From Tricharina praecox (Eukaryota), in assembly GCF_024521635.1 (NCBI RefSeq), contig NW_026250414.1, forward strand, positions 930,001-994,000: a stretch of DNA of 64,000 nt, given 5' to 3'. The translations under genes were made by a program, and so were the position numbers. Below are positions 51,528 to 63,815 of the stretch, piece by piece (position 1 is the stretch's first letter; the number at the start of each line of letters is the position of its first letter). A model generated the notes under the pieces. It searched no databases. It was not told where the DNA came from and saw only the letters and a program-made list of their open reading frames with translations.

Positions 51528-52050
51528 CGCCGAGAGATTCGAGTCGTGCGCGCGTATTGGACTGGGGCAGGATCTTAGTTCGTGTGTTCTGGAATCGCAA
51601 TAGGATATGTGCTAGGTGGCCATAGAATAGGACGTTTTGACTCTAGATCGTAGGTTTTCGGCGTGCTTATCTGCAGGATCGACCGGACACCGTAGAGTAT
51701 GTCGTTACTGCGGGGGGGTTTCAGACCTCCGCTGCTATGGCCTGGTGAGGCTGAAGCTCGGTGACCTAACTCTATGTGACATGTCTGATCAAATAAGCTT
51801 GCAGATATGTAGGTAGTTATCAGCATGTTGCACAACGACCCCAACTACCGCGCATTCCCCGCTATAGCTCAATACTGACTTGGTCTTGGGGAAGAATCCG
51901 GAATCCCCCTCCCCTCCCTCACGACCTCACCGATCGCACTCCACCACCAAATTCTCATTTCTACCGAAATTTGGTGTTTCCTCAACCTAGTGAGGACCTA
52001 CTCAGCCTCGAACTTCCCGGCACCACACACCTAACTTGACTCTATTCACG

Positions 52051-54355
52051 ATGCGCATGGAGGAAATCATACCCGAGTCACCTTCCGGGAAGGACTACTC
52101 GATAGCAACACTCTTTAACCTGTGTCTCGACATGTTCCGAGCCAGCATATCTTCTGCAGAAGCCAAAGAGCAGCCCCTCATGACCGAGGAAAAACACCGA
52201 CTCTTGTTATGGGCTGGCAACTTCGAGGGTAGCCTCGACAAGCTCTTGGTGCGCAAGAACGACGAACGGATGAGCAACATGATAGTGATGCTCTTGGGTT
52301 GTCTGATGAACACTCTTCATACGCGTCTGAATCCACGTCTGAACACTATCTTTGATCTCTAAAGCATGCGGCTACCTACTTATTCGTTCTTAGATGACAT
52401 CGAACCGGACTTGACATTGAGGAGGCAGCGAATACTGGATCGTCTGTCCCCAGATGTGGAGAACCTCCTGAAAAATACTCACAGGGGTGGGGCAATGTTG
52501 GAAGACGTCAAACACTCGATCGACTCACTGTACGACCTCGCTCCATATATCGACGATCTTTATTCAGGTACCACTAGTTCCAGCTCGGAATCTTCTGTGG
52601 CTGGCGAAGTATCTCTCATACCGGAAGCTCGGCGCTGGGAAGATTACATCGAAGAAAATTATCTCCTTGACGACGATTTGGCACGCATACTCGCGAATCT
52701 CAATTGGCAGCGGCATGAAAGAGTTCGGAAATGGGCGGAGAAAGTCTCGCCAGGCAGGCCAGACAGGGTCAATAGGGTATATAAACCGCGAGACGTGCAT
52801 CTACCTGGGCCGCTAATGGTTCCCGGGTTCGACGAGTCCATGGTAGCCCCATCGTCCGAGTTGATGCCCTCGTCCGAGTTGGAGCCCTCGTCCGAGTTGG
52901 AGCCCTCGTCCGAGTTGGAGCCCTCGCCCGAGTTGGAGCGGTTGTCTGGGCGGGAACGGTTAGAGTTGTACCCCGGGCCAGAGTGGTACCCCGGGCCAGA
53001 GTGGTACCCCGGGCCAGAGTGGTACCCCGGGCCAGAGTGGTTGTCCGAGCGGACGTCTATGCTGGAAATAGCCATGAAATCATCTACTACACTCTCCCCT
53101 ATCGCCATCTCAAGTGTTCCAACCTATAGTCGTATTCGCAGCATCTCCGTAAGTTTCTCCGACTATATCTACTGGATTGTACCTACTGAAGCTAAGATAG
53201 AATGAAAAACACCTCAAGAGCTTCCCAAATCCACGACGAGACTCAGCTACCTACGATTGGCCTCCCATGTTAGCAGAGTTCGGAAAGCCTTTTAATTGCT
53301 GCATATGTCAGAAGCGTAACGTAGTGAATTCTAGAAAGCAGTGGGAGTAGGTTTCCCGTCAAAGTAGCCTCAAGCGAAGCCTCCTAACGATCAGCTGAAT
53401 AGAGAGCACGTACAACGCGATCTAATGCCTTACAGCTGCATTCATCTGGAATGTCCGTACCGCCATGATCTGATTTTTACCACCTTGGACGAATGGGAAA
53501 GACATGATAAGCTTTACGGGCACCAGTGGTACTCTGAATGGAGATGTGTGGATTGTTATAAGGTCTTTCCGCGCAAAGAACTCTTCAAAACACACGTGCT
53601 TGAAAGCCATCTAGGGGATACTCCAGAAATGAAAGCCGAGGGCGTGGGAGATATTGTTAACGCCTGTGGGAGGCGAGGAGTTCTGTGGGAGTGCCTGTTT
53701 TGTGGGACTGGGGTTGGAGGATCTATCCGGGACTGCCGATCACACGTTGGCATGCATATGCTCAACTTGGCACTAAAGGTGCTTCCTCAAAGGGCGCCGG
53801 AAGGAGAACCCCGAGTGTCGAATATTGAGTCTTTTGACGAACAGATTACGCCGTTTGGTGGATATCCCGGAGGCGGCGGCCCCGAACTCCACGCATGGCG
53901 AGAGCTTGACAGTCATCTTTCACTTGACAGTTATATTTCAAAAACCAGTGTGTAGGCTCTTTCCTAGAGGTTTAGCGGAAAAAGACTGACCAATTCTGCT
54001 GCTGTTAGTGGAGCGTCTCTCTAAACGCGATGATGACTCTCGGGCCACTTCTCGCTCGAAAATGCCGAACCCTCTCTACCATTCCCCGCAAGCTTCATCG
54101 CCACCGTTGATGGGCTTTCCATACCCAGGCGAGTTGTTTATGGATGCCTCTCACCTGTATAATTCCATGAAACCTGGTAAGCATCAAAAAAGCGCGGATA
54201 AGCAGGCACCGGACGACCGAAGTTCGGGGGTGCCGTGGGCGACGGATAGGAAGGGAGACGGTCGGGAGGAGAAAGATAAGGAGAAGAGAGTGGATGGAGT
54301 GGGAGCCGATAAAGAGGGAACGGATTGGCGGGACGGATTAGTTGGCATTCCATGA
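52051..54355 (+). CDS. Fungal C2H2-type zinc-finger protein with helical N-terminal domain and internal hexapeptide repeats
   Basis: Likely exons 52051-~52324/52336, 52394-53148, 53201-53346, 53403-53947, 54009-54355. Motifs: RLLLWAGN..SLD, FNCCICQ..WEEHVQRDLMPYSC..C, WRCVDC..F..H...H, CLFC..HVGMHMLNLALKVLP. The first donor (GTCTGA) is weak; without that intron there is an in-frame TAA at 52360. Confidence 0.75.
52849..53040 (+). repeat. Two in-frame 18-bp coding arrays: PSSELE-like x5 (52849-52938) and YPGPEW x4 (52969-53040)
   Basis: Directly visible near-perfect DNA repeats. Confidence 0.92.
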
Positions 54356-54669
54356 AGGAAAAGGACTGCAATCAAATGTCTTGACGTGTTGAAACATGTG
54401 GAAGACTCAAAACCATGAGGGGGTGTGCCAACAGGCAATCAGGCAGGATTATGGCTGTAAATCTGAGGTTACTCGCCAGGTGGTGTGTACAGTTGTAATC
54501 GAGTTCTACCTTCACCGGTATCGGCATATTTTTAATGTAAAGGCCGGACATTGGACAAATTTTTGCCCTTTGGACTCTACTCTACTCTAGATGGTAGGTG
54601 TCTACCCACTTCAGTACTGTACATAACTATTGCCCACCAACAGGAGACAATCATACAATGTAGTTCGGC

Positions 54670-54965
54670 ATCATCACGTGTTTACGGTAGCGTCCCACAT
54701 TCAATAACTTCTCATCGCGACTCACGAGTATGTTGAGTTGCATAAAAGCTTGATCTTACTCCCATAAAGCGCCACGCATTCTAAATTCCAATCCCTAATT
54801 CTCATTACGGATAGTGTCCCAATGATCTGTGTCCGATTGATTTCTCCACCAGTCCTATCGCAGGACCATACGACCGTGTCTTCTTTGACATAACCCTCTT
54901 GGGGAATGTCTTCACCCCCAGAAAATGCGCTGATCTCATCACACCGAGCAGTTCTAGGAACCGGC
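54670..54965 (+). pseudogene. Decayed partial duplicate of the 5' end of the 2OG-Fe(II) oxygenase gene at 62.5 kb
   Basis: cccataaagcgccac and ccgattgatttctccaccagtcctatcgcaggaccatacgac match 62502-62516 and 62577-62618. The copy has indels and truncates after about 50 codons. Confidence 0.8.
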
Positions 54966-55949
54966 TCGGTGTCACTTTCGTTTTTGGTTTCATCACCATT
55001 GAATTCGACCTTATTAGGTCTTGAAAGTTACAACTATCCACATCTGGAGTTTGTAGATAACTATCACAGTATCGCCTCCCTGCACCTCTGATCCGCAAAG
55101 AGCTCTGCCATGTTCCACGCGTGCTTAGACCGATTACACCACCAGCACTGGGCGTCCTCGCATGCCTCGAGTCATTTCAGGGGAATAGCGGTACCAAGGG
55201 GGCGGCCCGTCGCTGGTAGGATGGAGCTGCCACGCGATAAGAAAGACCTCCGAAGCAATATCTGGTGATGCTCCTGGACTGAGGGTGACAATAATCGGGT
55301 GTTTGACAAGGTTCGATATGTGCCGCTACCACCAGGTCACCTCACCACCACCACAATTTTGTGCATAACTCGAGAAATAGTGCTCCAAACGAGGATCGGA
55401 CGACAGGGCATGATTCCTTGAGGTGCAATATAAACTACCGACGCGTCAAAATCTCTTTTGTATCATTGATTGTGGGGCTGCGCGAACAGCCCGCTCTTGG
55501 TTCGCGGACTCAAAAATGTAGCCGACGTTGTAGCGAAACCGCCTTTGTTGCAGCAGCGTAGAGGTTTATGTGGTGCCTAACAGAGATTTCCACCATCTGT
55601 GTAATGGAGATTTCCACGCCCCTTCCGTAGCAGTCCGTTCCCGCCTATTGTTCGACGGTGGTTTTCCGGTGAGCAAGCGGGAAGCAAGCGAGTGAGAATA
55701 CGTGCTTGCTTTGTCATTCCTGCGCATGCATCGCCGAGCAGAGTCACGGTTCGATGACGAGCAGCAGCGGCCGAAGCCACTCAATGCCATGTTTGGGAGC
55801 CAGCACCGGCCAACGCGAATGTGTTCCACAGATCGTTCCACCAAAAACACCGACGGTTAGATACATCATGTAAGGAAAGACCACACGGTATGTAGAAAGG
55901 AGAGAGGTGAAGGAAACAGGAACAGTGGTGAAAGGATGAAGCCGGAACG

Positions 55950-57699
55950 TCATACATGGGGAAAGTACTGTGTCCATGGAACGTCGGCGTAAACCCCCGC
56001 TGGGACAGATCTTAGGCTAGTGAAAGCCAGGATCACTATAAGTATCCGGGCAACGAAGAAGAGCGGTGTGATGATGACTCCGATCCACTGGGTAAAGTAA
56101 AAGACAGCCCGTGAAAACCTAGTGGGGCTCTCGAATGCATTGTTCCAACAGTATACAGACTTTTCCCACAGCTTTCGTACGCCTTGGAAAATGAAGGTGT
56201 GTAATGCGGCACCGGTATCCTCGTCGCCTTCGGTGCCGATGAGTAGCCACGCAGGGGTGACCAGAAAGCCAGAGACAGCGATGAGGCATGCAACTATATA
56301 CGATCCAAATCAGCTCAGCATCCAACCGGGACGGGAGAAACGCTGTGCACGGGCACCGTACATACCTTTCCAGAGATAGCGCTCAATTTCGGTCGGGAAG
56401 ATGTAGTTCCAGGCCGTCAGGTGGACGGCCCCATGAACCGCACATCCGAGGAACCAGACGTGACCGCCGGCTGTCTTCATGGCTCCGATGTTTTGTGCGG
56501 ACTTATGCAGCGGGTGCTCTATAATATTCATGCCGGAGGTTGTAGTAGCATTGAATCTGGCGATGACTTCCCCGCTGAGCTCAACCACCGTCGGCTCGTA
56601 AATCTCGAGAGGTTTTCTGAACCAAAGTCCGTACATCGCGAATGCGCATATCACATGAACCAGCGTGTGCAGTTCCAACAGTGTCAGAGGATATCCGTGG
56701 ACCTTCCTGGCAAGTGACTGACAGCGCAGCATAATCAGCAACATGCATCTGGGAACCCGTCGAGATAGAACCCACCTGCATGACCAGGAACGAAACTTGG
56801 AAACAGACGAGAATCTTGGCAAGCAAGTTTGCCTTGCTCTTGTCCTCGATCGTCTGTCGGCTGGCAATGGGAAAGTTGTACTTTAGTATCTCTGCGAGGG
56901 CGATGATCCATTGGCGCGAGAGTGTGTATCTTCCAGGCTCAAGATCGCCGATCTTTTTGGTTTCCGTGACATCGACGACATATCCTCCCATCCCAGCATA
57001 AAATCCCTCCGCCAAGGTGAGGACCCTATCCTCGTTCTCTTCGGGGTTAGCTCACTGCGGCCGAAGTCTGTGCTGTGTGGGGGGGGGGGCACCTACAACT
57101 TCATCGACATGATATACAGTCGGGACGGTGCCTTGTTTCTCGCTGATCGAGACCTCGCCGCAAGAATCACCTTTCGAAGGCTCGGGGCTGCTCGGCTGTG
57201 TGGTTTCCTCTACCGTGGCTTCCCCTTCCGTGTCCTTCTCATACCTGGCCACCTCCGCCGCCGCGGCATCATCTGCCGCCGTGACTTTCTTTACCTGGGG
57301 TTTCTGTTCTGGGGCCTTCTTGATATAGTTGAAGCTTTTGGAAAACTCTCTCGCGTCACACCATTGGTCCCAAGCCGCGTACAGGATCACTTCGGGTCCA
57401 AAAAGCGCGGTCAAGGCCCACTTGGCCTTCCGTAGATAATAGTGGCGTTTCTTGTCGTCCGGCGGCGGCACGTTCAGGTGAAGGGCAGTGTAAATGCAGA
57501 GGAGAAGCGTGAAGCTACAGCTGTACAGTATCTCGAAGGTTCCGCGCGTAGGATGACTGGATACCCAAGGCGGAGCTACAGTTGTTTGCAATGCCGATAG
57601 GTTGCCCAGCGGCGGTTGCCAATCCTCGATAGGAGCTCCGAGAGCCAGACCCAAGACGCTTGAGAGGACCAAGAGGAGAGCGATCATGTTCGATGACAT
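55950..57699 (-). CDS. Conserved fungal multi-pass membrane protein of unknown function, with signal peptide
   Basis: Exons 57699-~57093/57097, ~57038-56776, 56717-56366, 56293-55950. Family motifs: RGTFEILYSC..TALHLNVP, PEVI..AWDQW, GFYAGMGG, IEDKSKAN.LAK, TLLELHT..W.RKP, HLTAWNYIFPT..E..LW, SLRSVPAGVY..VPW..FPH. First intron boundaries are uncertain. Confidence 0.87.
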
Positions 57700-60600
57700 T
57701 GGTGCGGTGCTGGTAGTTCTAGGGAATCGCTAACTAGAGGGCCGTCGTTCGGAATGCGCTGGGCGTAGGACGAATGCTGGGCAATCCACTTTGCGTCCGT
57801 AGTAGTTGGCGCCGAGCCTGTTAAATATGTAGGCCCTCTGTGTTTTCGAGTCTTGCAACCCCTCAGCTGCTAGCTGGATCGTAGGCGGGGGCTGATGTCT
57901 CAAATTTGCATGCAGAAATCACAGACGGCAGCCTGTTACAGACGTCCAATCGTACCAAAACGACCTCCATCCACATAGGTAGTAATTACTCGACATGTAC
58001 ACAACACATCGGCTGCACACACCGCCCACACCGCAGAATAGTAGTCAACAAGCAGGTTCCCAGGGGAAAATGTGGTACTCCACAATTGTCAAAGCGGGCA
58101 TAACCTAGCTTAAGCCTGATGAATTCAAAACTTCCTACCGGAAACGCCAGAGTTCGACCCAAAATTCAAATTGGTTTGTGACCGCGGTTTTTTTTTTCTT
58201 CCATCTCTGCTTTCGACCTGTATAAAATCATGGCAAAACCATGGCTGTTTTTTTCCGCCCACCTGAAGTGTGAAATCAATTACTATGGGTGCGGTGGCGA
58301 AGGGTTGATGAGAGGTAGTCGTGGTGATTGGTAATGATCGGCTTTGATAGTAGCAGCCTTCGCTAATTAGGGACTCTAGGCGGTCGTTGTAAATTGTGAG
58401 ACAAGCTGAGGAATGCAGAGTGAGTAAAAGCACAATGTCCGTGAATGATTCATAAAAAGTGCCACCTCACTGTGCAAGCGGTTAGGTGTAGACGCACAAG
58501 GGGAGAATCAAGTGATGTAGGAGGGAATCAATCCTTAAGGTTTGAATCGGAGTGCACAGTCAGGCCTGCGGGTGCAATTCTGAGCCCAACACATACAAAG
58601 TGCCCAAGATATGGCGAATCAGCCAGACCTCTGGGTGTGATTCTAAGCTAGCAACATGCAAAGTCCAAGACATAGCGCCAAGCAGAGCGTTCTTCATAGT
58701 CGACACCTCAATCCGGCGATCACCTCCACGTTACCTGAAGAAACTTATCTCTACCAATCACCCCCAAATAGTCAAATACCTGCTACAAGAAGAGTTTGCG
58801 CCGGTCGGGAAATGGTGAACGAAAATTGGTACCGGAGTGGCTCTTGAGCGACCACTCATTCCACTCTAGGTACCGTGGTCGAGCCTGAAGGGGTTCTGAC
58901 AACCCACCTCTGACTCGTGTGTCGCTTATTCTCTACCAAAATGACTTTTTTTAAAAGAAAAAGAACTCTATGTATTAGTCGCCTCTTGGTATTTCGTCCG
59001 CTAATTCGGTCAATAGTCTCGGAATTCATATCCCTCCTACTTGTAGAGAAAAGCACTAGAATTTTGGAGTGAATACCATTCGCGTCGCAAAATATAAATC
59101 TCAGTTTGCGGGGGTTGTGTTGGTTCGTATGGTTGTTGATTGGGGATGGATGTGTAAGCCGACCACGACTAGACATCACCAACTACTCCACACGTCAGTC
59201 ATGCGACTCCAGCTCCTGAGCCCCGAGTATTAGGAGGAGAACAGATGGTGAAAGCCTTGGAGAAAGCCTCTGAGCCCTCGACCTGGTCGATCAAAGCAGG
59301 GCAACGTAGAAGTCCGACGGCCGTATCTCGAACTAGAACTCCAAGTCGTGCACCAGGTTATGCCAGCGTCGTACCTAACGGATGACCTGGTCGCTTCATA
59401 GGCGGTTTGAATACGAGGGGTCAGAGGATATGATGAGAGAGAGCACCAACTTACCGTACCAGTATTTTACACACAGCCTTTTTAGACCATCTATGGCGAA
59501 CCAAAAGGAAAAAAGACTGTGTATAAAAACATGCAACCGCCACTTCTCGACATGGAAATTAGTGTATGGCAGAACATGTGGTTAGAGTAAGCTTAATTCG
59601 CTGCGCTTTCTCAGGATCCTGCACTTCGATAGGATATAGTTATGTAGTTACGGTTTTCGCAAGGCGTAGCAGGGTTCTCGATCGGAGCTTCCCTTCGTGG
59701 GTTCATCCAGATTCCAAGTTCGCTACCACCGGTTACCTCAACCGATATCGGACTTTTATAAAGTACCATCCGAATTCTCCGATCTCGTCCTAGAGGCTGG
59801 AATCCTCATGCTTACTCTTCCATAGCTTCTCTTATCGACTCTATATGCGGCCTCGAACTACCGTGGAGCAGTCCGAACGTGAGTCTGCCTCAATCCACCG
59901 TCTCTGCGCTCCATACATCGACGGGCATTTCGAAGAGACTATCCATCCAAGCGTGTGGGTTGTCGACCACTGAGACGAACAGCGGTGGATCCGGTTGCTT
60001 CGGATTTCTGCGCGCGTTTGCGGTGCGGGATTTGCATCGCTATCTGCGGCAAACACACAAACGAAAAGAATGCAATCGATAGGCGTGGCTTGTCTCGGTT
60101 TAGTTGTTGTCACGTTTTTTTTTCCACTCTCTCTCTCTGCAGGCTCAAAATCGAACCAACCATGTCTCATGTTCGGTTTCCGCTGTGACCAGGGGTGGTG
60201 CTGGCAATCCGTTCTATACCTACCCACATCTCATCTCGGTTTCTCCGCCGGCACCCCAGTTTTTCACGGCCCCGCCAGCGATGCCACAAACATGACCGAG
60301 AAAAGGTACGAGCCGAACGACGGAGTCGAGGATAGGAAATCGGTGATAAGGATCGTGATCGATTCAACCAGGTTTAGGGTTTCGATGTACAGTATGGTAG
60401 ATGGGAGGCGGCTGCTTGACTCCAGAGGTGGCTTACTATCGTAGGATAGTCTCCGTGAGCGGTGAGGTAGCAAAGAGGGGGGCATGTGGGTCTAGAGTAG
60501 ATCTATTCGGAACGGCCTGAAGGCTGAATCCAACAAAGCCAATCATCCGGCAACAAGACTCCAGTGCGATGCCACCGAGGCACAAATAGAAAGAAGCACT

Positions 60601-61000
60601 TCCCCGATACGGGTACTCCTGGGAGGTCTGAGGGGGTCCTTATTCATGATTTCACATGAGGCACCAATCGGACGGCGAACTGCTGCTGTGCGGAATCGTC
60701 AATTGCAACAAGTTGACTCGCCATGTTTCAATATATCACTCGACTGTCGAGGAATGAGGAATGCAAGTTCTCCACATTTATCTACTGGACTTGCCATGAT
60801 CAAGATGGCGAGATCGCCGCGAGCACGGGACCCAATTGCCAAGCCGTTTCTCATGCGGATGCAAGTAGGTAGTGGGTCGCCCCGGTTTCCAGGCTTGGAT
60901 TGCATCACCGAGGCTGCCTCCAGCGCACTAATACTAAAACTTCCTAAGTAGGCGGGAAACAGGGTGGAGGGCGCCAGCAGGCCTCTTGCGCAGAGGAGAG

Positions 61001-61555
61001 AGAGAGAGAGATATCTTCCTGTTTTATTTCGCATGCAGCCTATCTAGACTATGGCGAACCCACGACCTCCGTTTCCTGTCCGCCCTGGCCAGTCGAGGTG
61101 AAAACCCCCCCGGGACCGACCAGTCCGATGCGGCGCCCCACTTCCCCTGCCCCATCCGCCTCGGGCCGACACAAGCAAAGACATGGTATATCGACAGTAA
61201 AGATTGGTATGGGCCCACATGCCCGCTCCTCCTGCTGCTCCTCGCCTCTCTTCCCCGTCATCCGCTTCCGCTCCAAAACCTATCACCGCGTATCCTACTC
61301 TCCCACTTCCTCGCACCGACCACAGACGCAGTATCCTGCTGGACACTCTTGCTCTGCTCCCGATGCGATGCTCGCCTCCTCCTCATCCTCGTCCAGGTCT
61401 GCTGGTGCTTTCCTCCACACCTCCGTCGTTCCCAGAAACTCTAGGATTGCCTCACTGCACCGCTCATCAGCGAACAGCTCCGTTATTGACCACCTCTCTT
61501 CTCTTCTCTTCGTCTCCTTCATGACCTTCGCCAGAAAGCTTGCGCAGAGGACGGT
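61001..61555 (-). mobile_element. 5'-truncated LINE (non-LTR) remnant: ORF2 C-terminus, 3' UTR and (TC)n tail
   Basis: Encodes KVMKETKRREERWSITELFADERCSEAILEFLGTTEVWR, similar to the 33-kb copy. It shares that copy's 3' motif and ends near an (AG)n run on the plus strand. Confidence 0.65.
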
Positions 61556-62555
61556 AGCCCACTAGTCGACTGTCGTCCAAACATCGAGTGATATTTAGTG
61601 GATCTAGAAGGGCATACCTACCTACCTACGTAGGTTCAGTTGATCGCGTTTAGCCTTATGGATGGCCTACAAACTGACAGTAGAGCTGAAAGATCGAATA
61701 TTTCCGTTCGAACTGGTGAAAAGGTATTCCGTTTGGATAAGTGTTGGGGCCCGAGCTTGAGTCTGACCCTGAGCCTAAATCTGAGCTCAAGCTGGAATCC
61801 ATATCGTTGTTGCCTTCATCACTTCTGAATATTCTACTAGGACGTACAATATGCCAATGCGGGAACGTCAGCCGGCAGGGATGATTTAGAAGTGATGCTC
61901 AGAGATCCAGCGGGGGGTTCACTTGAACATTGACACTGGTTGCTCTAGGTAACTTCTGTTCAAGTTCGCGAGAATGCTTCTGATATCACTCGTTATCAAC
62001 ACATCCCCGCCAATCCAGATCCAGCCAACTTCATTCACTGCAAAAAATGTACATCCGCTGGAAATGTGGGGGATACAACTTCTTTACGTAGGGCTGAGGG
62101 CGTCAGCCGGTGGTGAGGATGCAGGAATGATGCTCAGAGACCCAGCGGGGGGGATTAAACCTGTCACCCTCACACGCAGAATCGAACAGCAATCGGATGT
62201 CTAGCGTCGCAAGGATGAGGAAAACTCGAACCACAAGTCGGGGACACCAGCCGATATTCAGGATAATGGGTGTAGATCCGAAGTCAGGCGTCAGGTTGTA
62301 CCGTTGTAATCGGCTTCTAGTAGTGCTGTAGTAGATGTTTTCTGTACTAAGTAATCAGGCCTCCAGTGCCCACCATTGCACTGTGACCCAACAACGTACA
62401 ACTGATTCACGGGCATTTATAAATAGCCCGACCCATGCATCCCTCACGTGTTCTCGGCGCCGATCAACCACGATGACTCCCTCAGGAGTCAAGACTCCCA
62501 TCCCATAAAGCGCCACCACATTCCAAATCCCAATCCGCGATCCGCAATAACAACA

Positions 62556-63464
62556 ATGTCTTCAATAACCTGCATCCCGATCGACTTCTCCACCAGTGCC
62601 ATCGCCGGGCCATACGACACCTTCTTCGCCCTAATCCTCGAAGATGTGTTCACGGCCAGCGAATGCGTCGACCTCATCGCGCTCGCGGAAAGCGAGGAGC
62701 CCTGGAAACCAGCCAATGCCCCGCGCGAGCAGCCGGGAAAAAACCGGGCTCCCATCTCGGGGGGGGAATACGCGCCGGTTCATGCAGTCTCCCAAGCTTT
62801 CCGCAATAGCGAGAGGATCATGCGCGACGATCCGGTAACTGCTGCCAAGATATTTGAGCGCATACAACCGTTCCTGCATGAGGTTGCAGAGATCGGGCCC
62901 GACAACAAGTTCGTCGATATCACGGGGAAGGCGGGGCAGAAATGGAGTGCGGCTAGAGGCGAAACTGGGTTCTGGAGGCTGGCGAAGTAAGCTTCCAACA
63001 TCGCGTTATGGAGAACGTTTTTGTCTGCCCCGGATACATGGCTGATATATATCCACGTTCGATGAAGGCTCAACCACCGCCTCCGCTTCCTCAAGTATGG
63101 GCCCAGTCAGTACTTCAAGCCGCACTGCGACGGCCTACAGGACGTTGCCGGTTCTGACGACGGCTCTGAGCCTACAACGAAGAGTTTCATAACGATACAT
63201 CTATATCTGAACGACGGCAATGGACTTGAAGGCGGAGCCACGAGGTTCTACACACCCAACAAGAAACGGTGGCTCGATGTCGAACCGAAGCTCGGAAGGA
63301 TCCTCATATTTCAGCAGCGTATGCTCGTGCATAGTGGTGAGGAGGTCACAGGTGGTACGAAGTACACGTTGAGGACGGATATTATGTTCGAGAAAGTGGT
63401 TGTGACGAGGGAGCAGAGGAAGGCCGCGGAAGCGGCGGCGGCACAGGTGGAGACGACGGAGTAA
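62556..63464 (+). CDS. 2-oxoglutarate/Fe(II)-dependent dioxygenase (prolyl-4-hydroxylase-like)
   Basis: Exons 62556-62986 and 63068-63464. Motifs: LEDVFTASEC, FRNSERI, LNHRLRFLKY..YFKPHCD (HxD), LYLND..GGATRF, LVHSG (distal His), KYTLRTD. TATAAA near 62418. Confidence 0.93.
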
Positions 63465-63629
63465 TTGGAATACCATGGAACAAATAATGACAGATAATGA
63501 CTCAAGCCAACTTATAACATACTTTACGGGAGCTATGGCTCTTGTCCACCGATCAGACGTGACTTAGCACTTTATCATAGCGTGCTCTACGTATAGACCC
63601 TGACACTGAAATGATACAGTACGTAGGTC

Positions 63630-63815
63630 TTCTTTTTTGCTTTAATCATCATTGCATTCAATCATACCTAGTAGATCATCATAGCCGTTAGAAAACCGGT
63701 GATCCCCGCTGTCCGCACCCGGGGGCAGTACATCGGTACCGAGAGAGAGAACATTAATTATCGTCGCATACGGCCTTACTAGACCATGGCACCCTTTATT
63801 TCCTGCCAGCTCCCC
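63630..63815 (-). mobile_element. Two adjacent short retroelement 3'-end remnants
   Basis: 63633-63689 resembles 32596-32640. 63741-63810 ((GA)n..cgcatacggcc..ctagaccatggc..tttcctg) resembles 61001-61080. Confidence 0.4.

Noticed and set aside
57052-57096. Apparent premature stop or frameshift at the G-run in the membrane-protein gene
   Set aside because: The flanking ORFs share a frame and the TGA sits just before a GCTAAC branch site, so it falls inside a short intron.
58874-59168. Possible MITE with CGTGGTCG terminal inverted repeats
   Set aside because: Only about 8 bp match and there is no clear target-site duplication.
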